Virus record (IMG/VR): IMGVR_UViG_3300028008_000065
Coordinates: 1 to 31,230 of that record
Length of the DNA stretch: 31,230 bases
Direction: 5' to 3' (one strand)
From: a virus
Taxonomy: Duplodnaviria; Caudoviricetes
Shown here piece after piece: positions 17,301 to 25,465 of this stretch (positions within the stretch are counted from its first letter, which is position 1; the number at the start of each line of letters is the position of its first letter). The notes beneath the pieces are model-generated. The model made no database searches. It had not been told where the DNA came from and saw nothing but the letters and a program-made list of their open reading frames with translations. Made by a program: the position numbers and the translations under genes.

Positions 17301-19451
17301 GTATGTACCAGTTTTTATAAAGATTGTTTTCTGTGCGTGACGCTCAGTTGGAATACCTGTTGTTACTCCTGCTGTAATTGCGTCAGTAACAATACCAATT
17401 AATGAATCAATAGTTGTAATTGTGCCAGTAGTTCCTTCATACGCTGTTAGTTTTTGTTGAGTGATCGGTGTACCAACACTGTTTAGTGTTTGATAGTTTG
17501 CTGTAGGATCTGTTTTTGCAAGGATGTTTGGCATAATACTTTTTAAGTAATTGATTGCCGCAACAGTTTCACCTTGTTGTCCTGCGATATAACTTGCACC
17601 GCCTGGCTGGAAGTATGAAAGTGCTGATAAGCGTGATCTAACATTACCACCATGTGATAAATCCCATACAACTGCATCAATAATTTGACCTGTGTCTCTT
17701 AAACACTTTGCCTTGTCATATGTAAATGATCCTGAAAACGGACTAATAGCATTTGCAATTTGGTAATCAATCCATTCTGTTGTTTCTGCTTGTAAGAAAG
17801 ATCTATTTGCTTGAATTAATATACGATCATTTTGATTAACTGATCCATCTCTAATTTGTTCAGTAGCATAGCGTACTGTTTTGAATGGTCTATCTAATGT
17901 AACACCTCTGTCTGGAGTTGGTTTGTCTACACCGCTTTGTGTATCAACATAATACACATGATTAACTTGACCAAAGTAAGTCCATTCTGGAGCAGTTGCC
18001 GCATCATTAACTTTTAATACTTGACCTGGTTTACCAACTGGTAATCTTGCAGGACCTGAACCACCGTAATAAACAATATCACCTGTGGTTGTTAAGTTTC
18101 CAGATTCAGCACCACCACTAAAGAAGTTCCAAAAGTTGCCTGCTGTATCTGTTGCTGGATCATTTACACCATTGCTAGATGTATGCGATGCTATTGCAAT
18201 ATAACTATTCACACCCTGTTGAATAACATCACCTAAGTCATAATATGTTGCGTCAGTCCAAGTGCTTTTCCACTGGGCTCCTTCGTTAAGTTTTTCCCAA
18301 TAAGTTGTATTTGGTGGGCGAACACCATTTGAGTTTGCAACAGCCAAATATGTATATCCGCCAACTCTTACTACATCACCAGTTAGATAATCTTGTCCTG
18401 AAGAGTCATCTCCGTAGTCGCCTTTAAGATTAAACCCAGTTATGAATACAGACCAATCATTTGTTTCAATACTAGGTTTTTTCTCTGTATTATTTGTTTT
18501 TGCAACATAAGAATATCCACCGTATGTTACAATATCACCTGGTTGGTATTCTGCATACGGTCCCCAGTTGTCTTCAAATTCTAATCCTGGAACAAATTGC
18601 GACCAATTTGATTCATCTGTTTTTAGATTTTCAGCAATGGCTGATGTGTGATGTGTAGTACAAATCCAAAGCCCGCCGGAATCTTTTACAACGTCATTAA
18701 TTTTATATCTATAAGCACTTGCCCATTCACCTAAGTATTCAATACCTTTATGAAAGTAATCCCACTTTGATTGATCTGCTTCTAAGCCTATTGTTGTTGT
18801 TGCCGCTGAAGTATGACCTGCATTACAAGAATAAACCTGTCCGCCATACTTGACTAAGTCGCCAACTCTATAACGTGTTCCAACTGCCCAATCTGTTTTC
18901 CAATCAAATCCTTCACTAATAATATCCCATGCTGATTGATTTAGTTCTAATCCTGATGTTGTGTTTGGTGAACTAACATGGTATGTTTTACAAATATAAA
19001 CACGAGCACCGTACTTAACAATATCATTAACTTTGTAGCGTGTATTAATTGCCCAATCACCCTTGTAATCAAACCCTTCACCAAACAAGTCCCAATACGC
19101 TGAAGTACTATCGTCACCTAAGTTACTTTCAAGACCACCAATGGCATCGTTGTCTGAAATATGTCCGGTGTTAGCAATATATAGTTGTCCACCATATTTT
19201 ACAATATCATTAATTTTATAAACTGTTTGAGCAGTCCAATCACCTCTCCAAGTTTGACCGTCTGCAAATACTTGCCATTTTGGCGTTGCATTGTTTAGAT
19301 CTAACATAAAGTCAGTTTGTGCAATGTGTCCTACGACACACATAAACGTTTTACCGCCATACCTTACTACATCATCTTTGTAGTAAGTGGTTGCTTCAGA
19401 CCATTCGTCTTTCCAAATAAATCTGATTCTACCTAATTTAAATTCTGCCAT
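14376..19451 (-). CDS. Large tail fibre/spike-like structural protein (1691 aa): 8 Trp-rich CBM5/12-like repeats, pectin-lyase-like beta-helix with helical inserts, conserved C-terminal stalk
   Basis: WxGxW...Y.VNDIVKYGG..Y.C..HTS repeats; VYYV..G.D..PFKTV; TIFIKTGTYEEILPI..ALVGDELRST; SPYVQNVTTFG; RLTGHDFLDIGTG; GGRVFYTSTDQDGNFRVG. Confidence 0.85.
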   Translation of the reverse strand: MAEFKLGRIRFIWKDEWSEATTYYKDDVVRYGGKTFMCVVGHIAQTDFMLDLNNATPKWQVFADGQTWRGDWTAQTVYKINDIVKYGGQLYIANTGHISDNDAIGGLESNLGDDSTSAYWDLFGEGFDYKGDWAINTRYKVNDIVKYGARVYICKTYHVSSPNTTSGLELNQSAWDIISEGFDWKTDWAVGTRYRVGDLVKYGGQVYSCNAGHTSAATTTIGLEADQSKWDYFHKGIEYLGEWASAYRYKINDVVKDSGGLWICTTHHTSAIAENLKTDESNWSQFVPGLEFEDNWGPYAEYQPGDIVTYGGYSYVAKTNNTEKKPSIETNDWSVFITGFNLKGDYGDDSSGQDYLTGDVVRVGGYTYLAVANSNGVRPPNTTYWEKLNEGAQWKSTWTDATYYDLGDVIQQGVNSYIAIASHTSSNGVNDPATDTAGNFWNFFSGGAESGNLTTTGDIVYYGGSGPARLPVGKPGQVLKVNDAATAPEWTYFGQVNHVYYVDTQSGVDKPTPDRGVTLDRPFKTVRYATEQIRDGSVNQNDRILIQANRSFLQAETTEWIDYQIANAISPFSGSFTYDKAKCLRDTGQIIDAVVWDLSHGGNVRSRLSALSYFQPGGASYIAGQQGETVAAINYLKSIMPNILAKTDPTANYQTLNSVGTPITQQKLTAYEGTTGTITTIDSLIGIVTDAITAGVTTGIPTERHAQKTIFIKTGTYEEILPIIIPEDVALVGDELRSTRIKPSPSVTSAADTPKSIAALTRIEAIVSNIIQNVAITKSSGNSETQVTTRPAGNASAGTAAANLFREIYDYLDWGVNGASGDSTEPTTRGSNLPETSTGYTYAVEVLEANKDFLVAEVHAYIAVTYPSYVYTLAACARDTLAYIDAVKHDLIYTGNYRSLLAAEYYVASVEGCLLDDMFYARNGTGIRNMTLTGLSGVLSSANAYGTKRPTSGAYVSLDPGWGPAHTEAWITNKSPYVQNVTTFGDACIGLKVDGDLHDGGNDSIVANDFTQILSDGIGYWVTNLGRSELVSVFTYYNHIGYLAENGGKIRATNGNNSYGDFGSVAEGIDNTETPVLGKVDNQQLEAQVSNVVTDGAQEILQLEYSNAGQNYTTEATSAIITTENNSNNDADRVPGTYKGITGSSNGSGSGQEFDIEVTAVGGFIVTVIKGGTGHAVGNTITIADSLLGSGGATAITFDIATIGAATRYTLSGEGFGAAVSGVNIRNGGVFEVQLEEDSTVYGGDGFVTIASNAQSGNATQITLAATDINPSGTYNGMSIYILSGLGAGQFGIISAFDAATKIATIVKESNGSAGFEHIKGSAIASTLDATSAYDITPRVIFSAPASGTRARGRARVADEKVVEVKIIEPGSGYSSPPSMTLIDPSHTIEVPHTVRIGNGVLAQPTYSSRGTGFITAAAEVVGDGIADIRQLGTKIRVDELDSIPQKGSNVEFASLPNRWFKLVSITSLLGNGPYSALLQISPALEADERPPQNDVITIRRRFSQVRLTGHDFLDIGTGNFSNTNYPGEPVSDPDPQYETNDYGGGRVFYTSTDQDGNFRVGGLFNVEQATGIATLNVEAFNISGLNELQLGSVALGGAGAVITEFSTDGTFSADSDNVVPTQKAIKTYITSQIGGGVATLNVNSVTAGTIEITANTIGTTDAGKINILNAVNFKGGIDGAPVALSMFLNN
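18130..19415 (-). repeat. Eight Trp/Tyr-rich ~50-aa repeats (CBM5/12, ChtBD3-like)
   Basis: WKDEW, WRGDW, YKGDW, WKTDW, YLGEW, FEDNW, LKGDY and WKSTW, each followed by Y..[GND]D[IVL][VI]. Boundaries approximate. Confidence 0.75.
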
Positions 19452-19477
19452 TGGTTACTCCACCCGTATATACTGTA

Positions 19478-19484
19478 TATTTAT
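19478..19484 (-). promoter_or_regulatory. T4-like late promoter (ATAAATA)
   Basis: GATAAATA in the 41-nt gap, followed by GGAG and ATG at 19451. Confidence 0.7.
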
Positions 19485-19492
19485 CATTATTA

Positions 19493-22400
19493 TTAATCAT
19501 CGCCAAATCCTGGCGCTCCACCAAGTGCTGGTGCCGCACCTGATGTAAAGTAGTTTTGTGCTGCCATATCACCTGACACATTGCCTTGAATAGTAACTGC
19601 TGATGTAAAATCAATAGTACCACCTAATACTTTAAATATTCTATTGCCTTCGAAACTTATATCACCTGCGTTTAATCTGTTAACTTTAAGATCTGAACCA
19701 CCTGATGAAACTCGCTGTGTTACATATTTTCCTATTGCTCTTTGTGTTGGTACAATATTATTTGAGTTTGCCGCAAATGTTGGATCTGTACTAAACTCTC
19801 TAACAACTGCTCCTGTACCGCCGAGTACAACCCCGCCAAGTCTAAGTTCTTCAAGTCCGTCTAGTTCAAAGAAACTAGCATTAATACTAATTGTACCAGT
19901 TGCTTGTTCAACTTCAAACAGTTCACCAACTCTAAAGTTACCATCTTGGTCAGTACTTGTATAAAATACTCTACCGCCATTATATTGGCTAACTTCTTGG
20001 AACTGTTTTGGTTCAGCATTTTCATCTGGATTGTAACCAAATACATATAGTCCAGGATACGCTGTGCTTGAAAAGTTACCAGTACCAATATCTAGGAAAT
20101 CGTGTCCTGTTAATCTAACTTGGCTATACTGTTGTCTAATAGTAACATTTTCTCCGTGTACTGGTGCTTCTTTACGTCCTAGATTTGGACTAATTTGTAA
20201 TTTTAATTTATACGCTCCAAGTACCCCAGTTGATGTTAGAATTTTAACAACAAAGTACGTTACTCCGTCAATGCCTTGAATACTAATATTATCTCCAGGT
20301 CCTGGAAGTTTGCTTACATTATCTAAAATTAACGTATCTGCAATTTGAACAATATCAGCAAATCCGTCACCATTTTGATTAATCGACGATGTTGCTCTAA
20401 AATAACCAGTACCGTTGTTAGTAAATGTAGGTTGCGGTAATACTCCGTTAGCAACTTGTGCATCTGTAGTAACGTCTAATGTATTTTTATTATCAAATAC
20501 TGTTACTGTAGGGCTTGCACCATATCCAGATCCTGTTTCGTATAAAATAACTGTACCAATTCTACCACTACCAACAATTGGTCTTCCTAATGCTGTACAA
20601 CCAAATGTTATCTTATCAGCATTATTTTGTGTTTTTGTTACAGCAATATAGTCACTTGAATTACTGGCTCCTGCAATGCCGCCTCTAATTTCAGCACCTG
20701 CTGACATTAATTTAGTTTTCCAATGGAACCCGTCTCTACTAAATGCAATTACATCTGAAGATGCACCTGTGTCACTTTTTACTGCGGCATATTGTCCTTG
20801 TGCATAAGCAAGGCCTGTCCACTCACCTGGCTCCATAGTACCTGCATACCAAGTTATTCCATCAAAACTTACTGCTGTTTCTGCTGTACTACTGTCAGTT
20901 TTATTAGTAACTGCTACAAATCTATCTTTACCATATATTACTTTGGACCAAGCACTTGATGCTGGAAGTGTAAATTGTACCCAAGTATTTCCGTCATCTG
21001 AGTATGCGCCAACATTACTTGGGGAAGCAACACTTCCTGAAACTATTACCCATCTACTATTTCCGTATGCAACATCATTATATTGTCCTGCTGGTACTGT
21101 AGCCGATCCCCAACTATTACCGCCATCTGTTGATGTTTTAACTGAAGTTGGTGTAGAATTTGTATCAGTAAATGTCATAACGCAATATTCGTTTGAAGAT
21201 GCCGCTTCGACACCTGTTGCTGTCTGTGTGCCGCTTAATCCAAGCGAAGTGTCACTCCATGTAGAACCAGCATCATTACTATATGACCCTGCATTGTTAT
21301 TACCATCTGGGTTAACTAAACAAATTGCTCCAGAAGTAGTAATAGCAACTAAACCACTTTTACTGCTTCTAGTGAATCCTGAAAATCCGTTACCATCTGA
21401 ACTAATACTACCTCCATTTGGATGAGCCGCTACCCAAAAATCTGAATCATTTCTAGTTCCACGTTTAATATCGGACCACTCTTCTGCACCTATAGTAACA
21501 CTTTGAACTTGGTATGGTGGTTCAGCAACTGACAGTCTTGGCTCAATATAATAACGTGCTGTGTCATTTATTGTTGCTTCGATAGGACGGCCTGTTACAT
21601 GTTCCCAGCCTGGTTCGCCATTTGATTCTTTAACAACAGTACAAACTTTATTAGTAGTATTAAGTCCGCTAATTACACCATATTGTCCAACGCCTTTGCC
21701 AGCGTGAATATATAAACGCTGTCCTATATAGTCGGCTTCTGTTCCTGTGTCAGCACCACTTAATGTTAATGAAGTAGGAGTACCAATTTGTGCTTTGTTT
21801 GCTTTAAATGTGTAATTACTACCGCCAATGAAGTTTGAATCTTCTTCAGTAACAAAAATTTGTTTAACGCCGCCGGTTCTAAATTCATTAAATGTTGCAG
21901 TAGCACCAACACCATTACCTACAATATCTAATTGTGCGGTTGTATATCCTTCACCAGCATGTGTATAGGAAACACCGTGTATCTTGTCACCATCATTAAA
22001 TGTTTCAAAAATTTGTGCTTGTTGACTTCTATTATCTACAGATGCTGTAATAGGAACTTCTTCGACATCAAACCCTTCTGCAACAGAACCATAGTCTCCG
22101 TACGAGTTGTTTCCGTTCAATGCACGAACTTTACCACCATTGGTTGCTAGATATCCAATATGACAGTAGTATGTAAACACTGACACAAGTTCTGATTTAC
22201 CATCAGCGTTAGCCCAATATCCAATACCGTCACTTAGAATTTGTGTAAAGTCGTTTGCAACAATTGATTTGTTACCAGTAGTATGTAAATCGCCATCAAC
22301 TTTCATTCCAATACATCCTGTACCAAATGTTGTTACATTTTGTACGTATGGTGATTTTGTTACAATATGTGCATATTCAGCACTTGGGCCTGTTGCAGGA

Positions 22401-24385
22401 TCTAATGAAACATATGCTCCTGCTGTTGGTCGCCTAGTTAAATTGTCATTTGGATTGCCGAGTGTACCAGATAATCCTTGTAACGTCATGTTACGTATGC
22501 CGGATCCATTATGTACGTAGAACATATTGTCAAGTTCATATCCGTCTGCTGGCATAATAACTGTTGAACGTAATTCGTCGCCTACTAATGCTGTATCCCT
22601 AGGAACAACAATTGGAAGCAACTCTTTGTACATTCCAGTTGCTATAAAAATTGTCGCCGGCGTCCTTGCTTCAAGATTACCTTGAAGGAATTGACATGCA
22701 TATTTTACTGTCTTAAATGGCTTTGCTGGATTTATTCCGTTTGTTGGAAGATCTTCTCCGTAAGCACTAACATAGTACACTTTATTAATTTCAAATAATG
22801 TATCATATTTTAATGTATCATCTTCGTCAACTTTTAATAGTTCGCCTGCTGGACCGATTGCTAGTCTTGATGTTCCTGCTGTACTTCCATCGTCTTTAGT
22901 AGAATACGTTCTAATATCACCTGTGTAACGTAGTACATTGTTTTCTGCACTTGTTTCATTATTACCAGCATATTTTGTCCAATATAATTGAGCGCCAGAT
23001 TGTATATCTGTATCTTCTTTTGGCCTTGCTTCTCTTATATTACTAAAATGTTGTAGTTTACAAATATAAGTTTCACTTTCATCCATAACAACTTGTCCAG
23101 GTAAGTACTCAAATAATGTACTATCGCCATCTTCTGTTGCTTTTGATTCTACCCATTCGCCCATCCAAGCAAATCCAGTTTGTATTAATCTCCACTTAGT
23201 AGCATTACCATCTTCAACATCAGGGTCGCCAGGTTCAACTAATTCGATTGCTAAATTATTTACTAATGATTCGTATAAGTACCCACCTTTGCGTACAACA
23301 TCCCCTGGTGCATATGGGTTTAGAATACTCCATTCGCCTTTAAAATTATATCCGCGAACTAATACTTCCCAATCTCCTACATCTTGAGCAAGTCCTTGCG
23401 AACTTGGATTTGAACCAATATTAATTGTTAATGATGTATATGTATATCCGCCATACGTAACTAAATCACCAGGTTGATAAACTTCGTTATTAGACCATAT
23501 TCCTTCATAGCCTAATCCCGGGACCCAAATATCCCAGTCGCTTACATCATCAAAATTATCTGTACCACTCATACCACGCTTTGCTATGTATAAGTTTGGT
23601 CCATAAATTACAATATCATTTGTTTTATACCATTGTGTTCCAGACCATGCACCTTTAAATTCAATGCCTTCGACAACTAATTCCCATTTTGCCGCTGTTG
23701 AATCGTCACCTAAGTCTGAGCCAACACCTTCTCTAATATCACTGTTACTAGTATGCCCAATTATACAACGATATACATTACCACCATAACGTATAATATC
23801 TTGTACTTTGTATCTTGTATTTTCTAACCAAACACCTTGCCATGAATCACTTTTATTATAAACTGCCCATTTTGCTTGATCTGCTTCTAAACCTAACTCA
23901 ACAGTATTACTTGTATGATCAGTTACGCAACTATATAATCTTCCGCCGTATTTAATTAAATCGTTCTTTTTATATATTGTACTAGCAGTCCAAGTTGCAA
24001 GATAATTATCACCCTTTGCAAAAGGTGCCCAATTTGAATCGTTTGATTCAAGGCCTAAACTTAAAGTTGTTGCACTAGTATGGCTATCAATACAATTATA
24101 AAGTATACCTCTGTACTTGACAACATCATTTACTTTGTAGAACTCTTCTGGCTGCCATTCGCCCTTCCATTGACGACCATCACCCATTTGCTCCCATTTA
24201 GGAGTAGATTCTCCTGATACAAGAAAGTCTAAATCATCATTAAAGTCTGCACTTGCAGTATGATTTGTTAAAGCAACAAATACTTTACCACCATAACTTA
24301 TAACATCATCTTTAATGTATGCTGTTGATGCAGTCCATACACCTTTCCAGTTAAATCTAATTCTATCAATTCTAAATTCTGCCAT
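19493..24385 (-). CDS. Large tail fibre/spike-like protein (~1630 aa), paralogue of 14376..19451, with BNR/Asp-box beta-propeller insert
   Basis: Start moved from the TTG at 24397 to the ATG at 24385, because MAEFRIDRIRF matches the paralogue's MAEFKLGRIRF and GGGA lies upstream. Eight Trp-rich repeats, same beta-helix and C-terminal motifs. Asp-boxes SNDAGSTW, STDGGNSW, SDDGNTW, SFDGITW, SRDGFHW. Confidence 0.85.
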   Translation of the reverse strand: MAEFRIDRIRFNWKGVWTASTAYIKDDVISYGGKVFVALTNHTASADFNDDLDFLVSGESTPKWEQMGDGRQWKGEWQPEEFYKVNDVVKYRGILYNCIDSHTSATTLSLGLESNDSNWAPFAKGDNYLATWTASTIYKKNDLIKYGGRLYSCVTDHTSNTVELGLEADQAKWAVYNKSDSWQGVWLENTRYKVQDIIRYGGNVYRCIIGHTSNSDIREGVGSDLGDDSTAAKWELVVEGIEFKGAWSGTQWYKTNDIVIYGPNLYIAKRGMSGTDNFDDVSDWDIWVPGLGYEGIWSNNEVYQPGDLVTYGGYTYTSLTINIGSNPSSQGLAQDVGDWEVLVRGYNFKGEWSILNPYAPGDVVRKGGYLYESLVNNLAIELVEPGDPDVEDGNATKWRLIQTGFAWMGEWVESKATEDGDSTLFEYLPGQVVMDESETYICKLQHFSNIREARPKEDTDIQSGAQLYWTKYAGNNETSAENNVLRYTGDIRTYSTKDDGSTAGTSRLAIGPAGELLKVDEDDTLKYDTLFEINKVYYVSAYGEDLPTNGINPAKPFKTVKYACQFLQGNLEARTPATIFIATGMYKELLPIVVPRDTALVGDELRSTVIMPADGYELDNMFYVHNGSGIRNMTLQGLSGTLGNPNDNLTRRPTAGAYVSLDPATGPSAEYAHIVTKSPYVQNVTTFGTGCIGMKVDGDLHTTGNKSIVANDFTQILSDGIGYWANADGKSELVSVFTYYCHIGYLATNGGKVRALNGNNSYGDYGSVAEGFDVEEVPITASVDNRSQQAQIFETFNDGDKIHGVSYTHAGEGYTTAQLDIVGNGVGATATFNEFRTGGVKQIFVTEEDSNFIGGSNYTFKANKAQIGTPTSLTLSGADTGTEADYIGQRLYIHAGKGVGQYGVISGLNTTNKVCTVVKESNGEPGWEHVTGRPIEATINDTARYYIEPRLSVAEPPYQVQSVTIGAEEWSDIKRGTRNDSDFWVAAHPNGGSISSDGNGFSGFTRSSKSGLVAITTSGAICLVNPDGNNNAGSYSNDAGSTWSDTSLGLSGTQTATGVEAASSNEYCVMTFTDTNSTPTSVKTSTDGGNSWGSATVPAGQYNDVAYGNSRWVIVSGSVASPSNVGAYSDDGNTWVQFTLPASSAWSKVIYGKDRFVAVTNKTDSSTAETAVSFDGITWYAGTMEPGEWTGLAYAQGQYAAVKSDTGASSDVIAFSRDGFHWKTKLMSAGAEIRGGIAGASNSSDYIAVTKTQNNADKITFGCTALGRPIVGSGRIGTVILYETGSGYGASPTVTVFDNKNTLDVTTDAQVANGVLPQPTFTNNGTGYFRATSSINQNGDGFADIVQIADTLILDNVSKLPGPGDNISIQGIDGVTYFVVKILTSTGVLGAYKLKLQISPNLGRKEAPVHGENVTIRQQYSQVRLTGHDFLDIGTGNFSSTAYPGLYVFGYNPDENAEPKQFQEVSQYNGGRVFYTSTDQDGNFRVGELFEVEQATGTISINASFFELDGLEELRLGGVVLGGTGAVVREFSTDPTFAANSNNIVPTQRAIGKYVTQRVSSGGSDLKVNRLNAGDISFEGNRIFKVLGGTIDFTSAVTIQGNVSGDMAAQNYFTSGAAPALGGAPGFGDD
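22980..24350 (-). repeat. Eight Trp/Tyr-rich CBM5/12-like repeats
   Basis: WKGVW, WKGEW, YLATW, WQGVW, FKGAW, YEGIW, FKGEW and WMGEW units. Boundaries approximate. Confidence 0.75.
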
Positions 24386-24404
24386 TGTTTTTCCCAATCA
24401 CTAA

Positions 24405-25121
24405 TTATGTAAGTGTATTTATTTGTCCGCCCATGCCGCTATGATTAATGCAATAGTAGTATAAAGTTGGTGCGTTAACTGGCACTTTAAATTTAACATA
24501 ACTACCTTCAACTCCAGGTACACCTAATACTGTAACTCCATCTGTATACTCTACACCACCAGCATGTATTCCGTTTGGTGTGGTACTTAATCTTAACGGA
24601 TGCGTAGCATTTGAAGCAATACTTTGACCAAATGTATATGTCTGTCCTTCATATAGATTAAGTGTCGGTGTCTTAATTCCATTAAAGTAAAACTTATTTG
24701 AACTTCCATCATTTGCAATAGTAATATTATAAAAGTTCTTGTTATATGCTGTTGTTCCGTCACTGCTAATATCTGTTTGATATTCATGTGATTCATTAAA
24801 CACTAGCACAAACTCGCCAGCATCATTAATATAATAATTTAAATGCCTATTGTCCCAACGGATTTGTTCATAGTTTAAGTTTGGATATACAATTTCATGA
24901 TTTTGATCTCTACCTTCGTAAAAATCAATACCTTGTTCAAAATCATTATAATTATCTAACGGATCACCTGGTTTATTAATTTGTATACTTGCACCGTTTT
25001 CCATTTGATCAACTTTTGTAAAAAATAATTCGCCTTGATCTGTTCTGCGGAGAGCATACATATAACGTCCATCTACTTCACCGGTTATACTTGTTACATC
25101 ATTTCCTGCATACTGACTCAT
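24405..25121 (-). CDS. Virion-associated protein (238 aa) with C-terminal cupredoxin-like domain
   Basis: PTLNLYEGQTYTF...THPLRL...FKVPVNAPTLYYYCINHSGMGGQI gives His plus C-x2-H-x2-M. AGGAG RBS. Confidence 0.7.
   Translation of the reverse strand: MSQYAGNDVTSITGEVDGRYMYALRRTDQGELFFTKVDQMENGASIQINKPGDPLDNYNDFEQGIDFYEGRDQNHEIVYPNLNYEQIRWDNRHLNYYINDAGEFVLVFNESHEYQTDISSDGTTAYNKNFYNITIANDGSSNKFYFNGIKTPTLNLYEGQTYTFGQSIASNATHPLRLSTTPNGIHAGGVEYTDGVTVLGVPGVEGSYVKFKVPVNAPTLYYYCINHSGMGGQINTLT
24416..24422 (-). promoter_or_regulatory. Probable late promoter (ATAAATA) inside the 3' end of the 238-aa gene
   Basis: AATAAATA ~30 nt upstream of the ATG at 24385. Confidence 0.5.
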
Positions 25122-25131
25122 CTATTGCTCC

Positions 25132-25461
25132 TTATTGTATATCTACATAACTGATAATAGCATCTACACTATTACTTGCGTTTGCTTGTACTAATAAACT
25201 ATGACCTGTTGGTAATACAATCTTTTCACCACCAATCATTGCTTTATAACTTGTTTGTGGAGGTATCATTACATTTCTAACATAAAACCCTTCAACACTT
25301 GTATCATCTTTTACATAAATGCTTGCTTGCACAGCAAAGTCTGTAATGTTTGCTAAGTTAAGACCAATTACTGTGGCGTTTGTTGCCGCTGGTACTTCAA
25401 ACACTTCAATTTTTTGAGTACCTATGTCTTTTACTACTTTTGTTCTAAAAAATGTTGCCAT
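25132..25461 (-). CDS. Small virion beta-sandwich protein (109 aa)
   Basis: MATFFRTK..KDIG...FEVPA..ATVIGLNLAN...IPP..S....GGEKIVL...SVDAIISY, a pattern common in aquatic phage tail clusters. Confidence 0.75.
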   Translation of the reverse strand: MATFFRTKVVKDIGTQKIEVFEVPAATNATVIGLNLANITDFAVQASIYVKDDTSVEGFYVRNVMIPPQTSYKAMIGGEKIVLPTGHSLLVQANASNSVDAIISYVDIQ

Positions 25462-25465
25462 ATCT

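Noticed and set aside
24386-24397. TTG start giving MGKT extension of the 1634-aa ORF
   Set aside because: The ATG at 24385 matches the paralogue's MAEF start and has GGGA at RBS spacing.
12199-24796. Short alternative-frame minus-strand ORFs (12199..12420, 12720..12932, 13410..13604, 16859..17131, 19438..19623, 19861..20088, 24593..24796)
   Set aside because: They are nested in or overlap well-supported genes, and have no motifs or convincing RBS.
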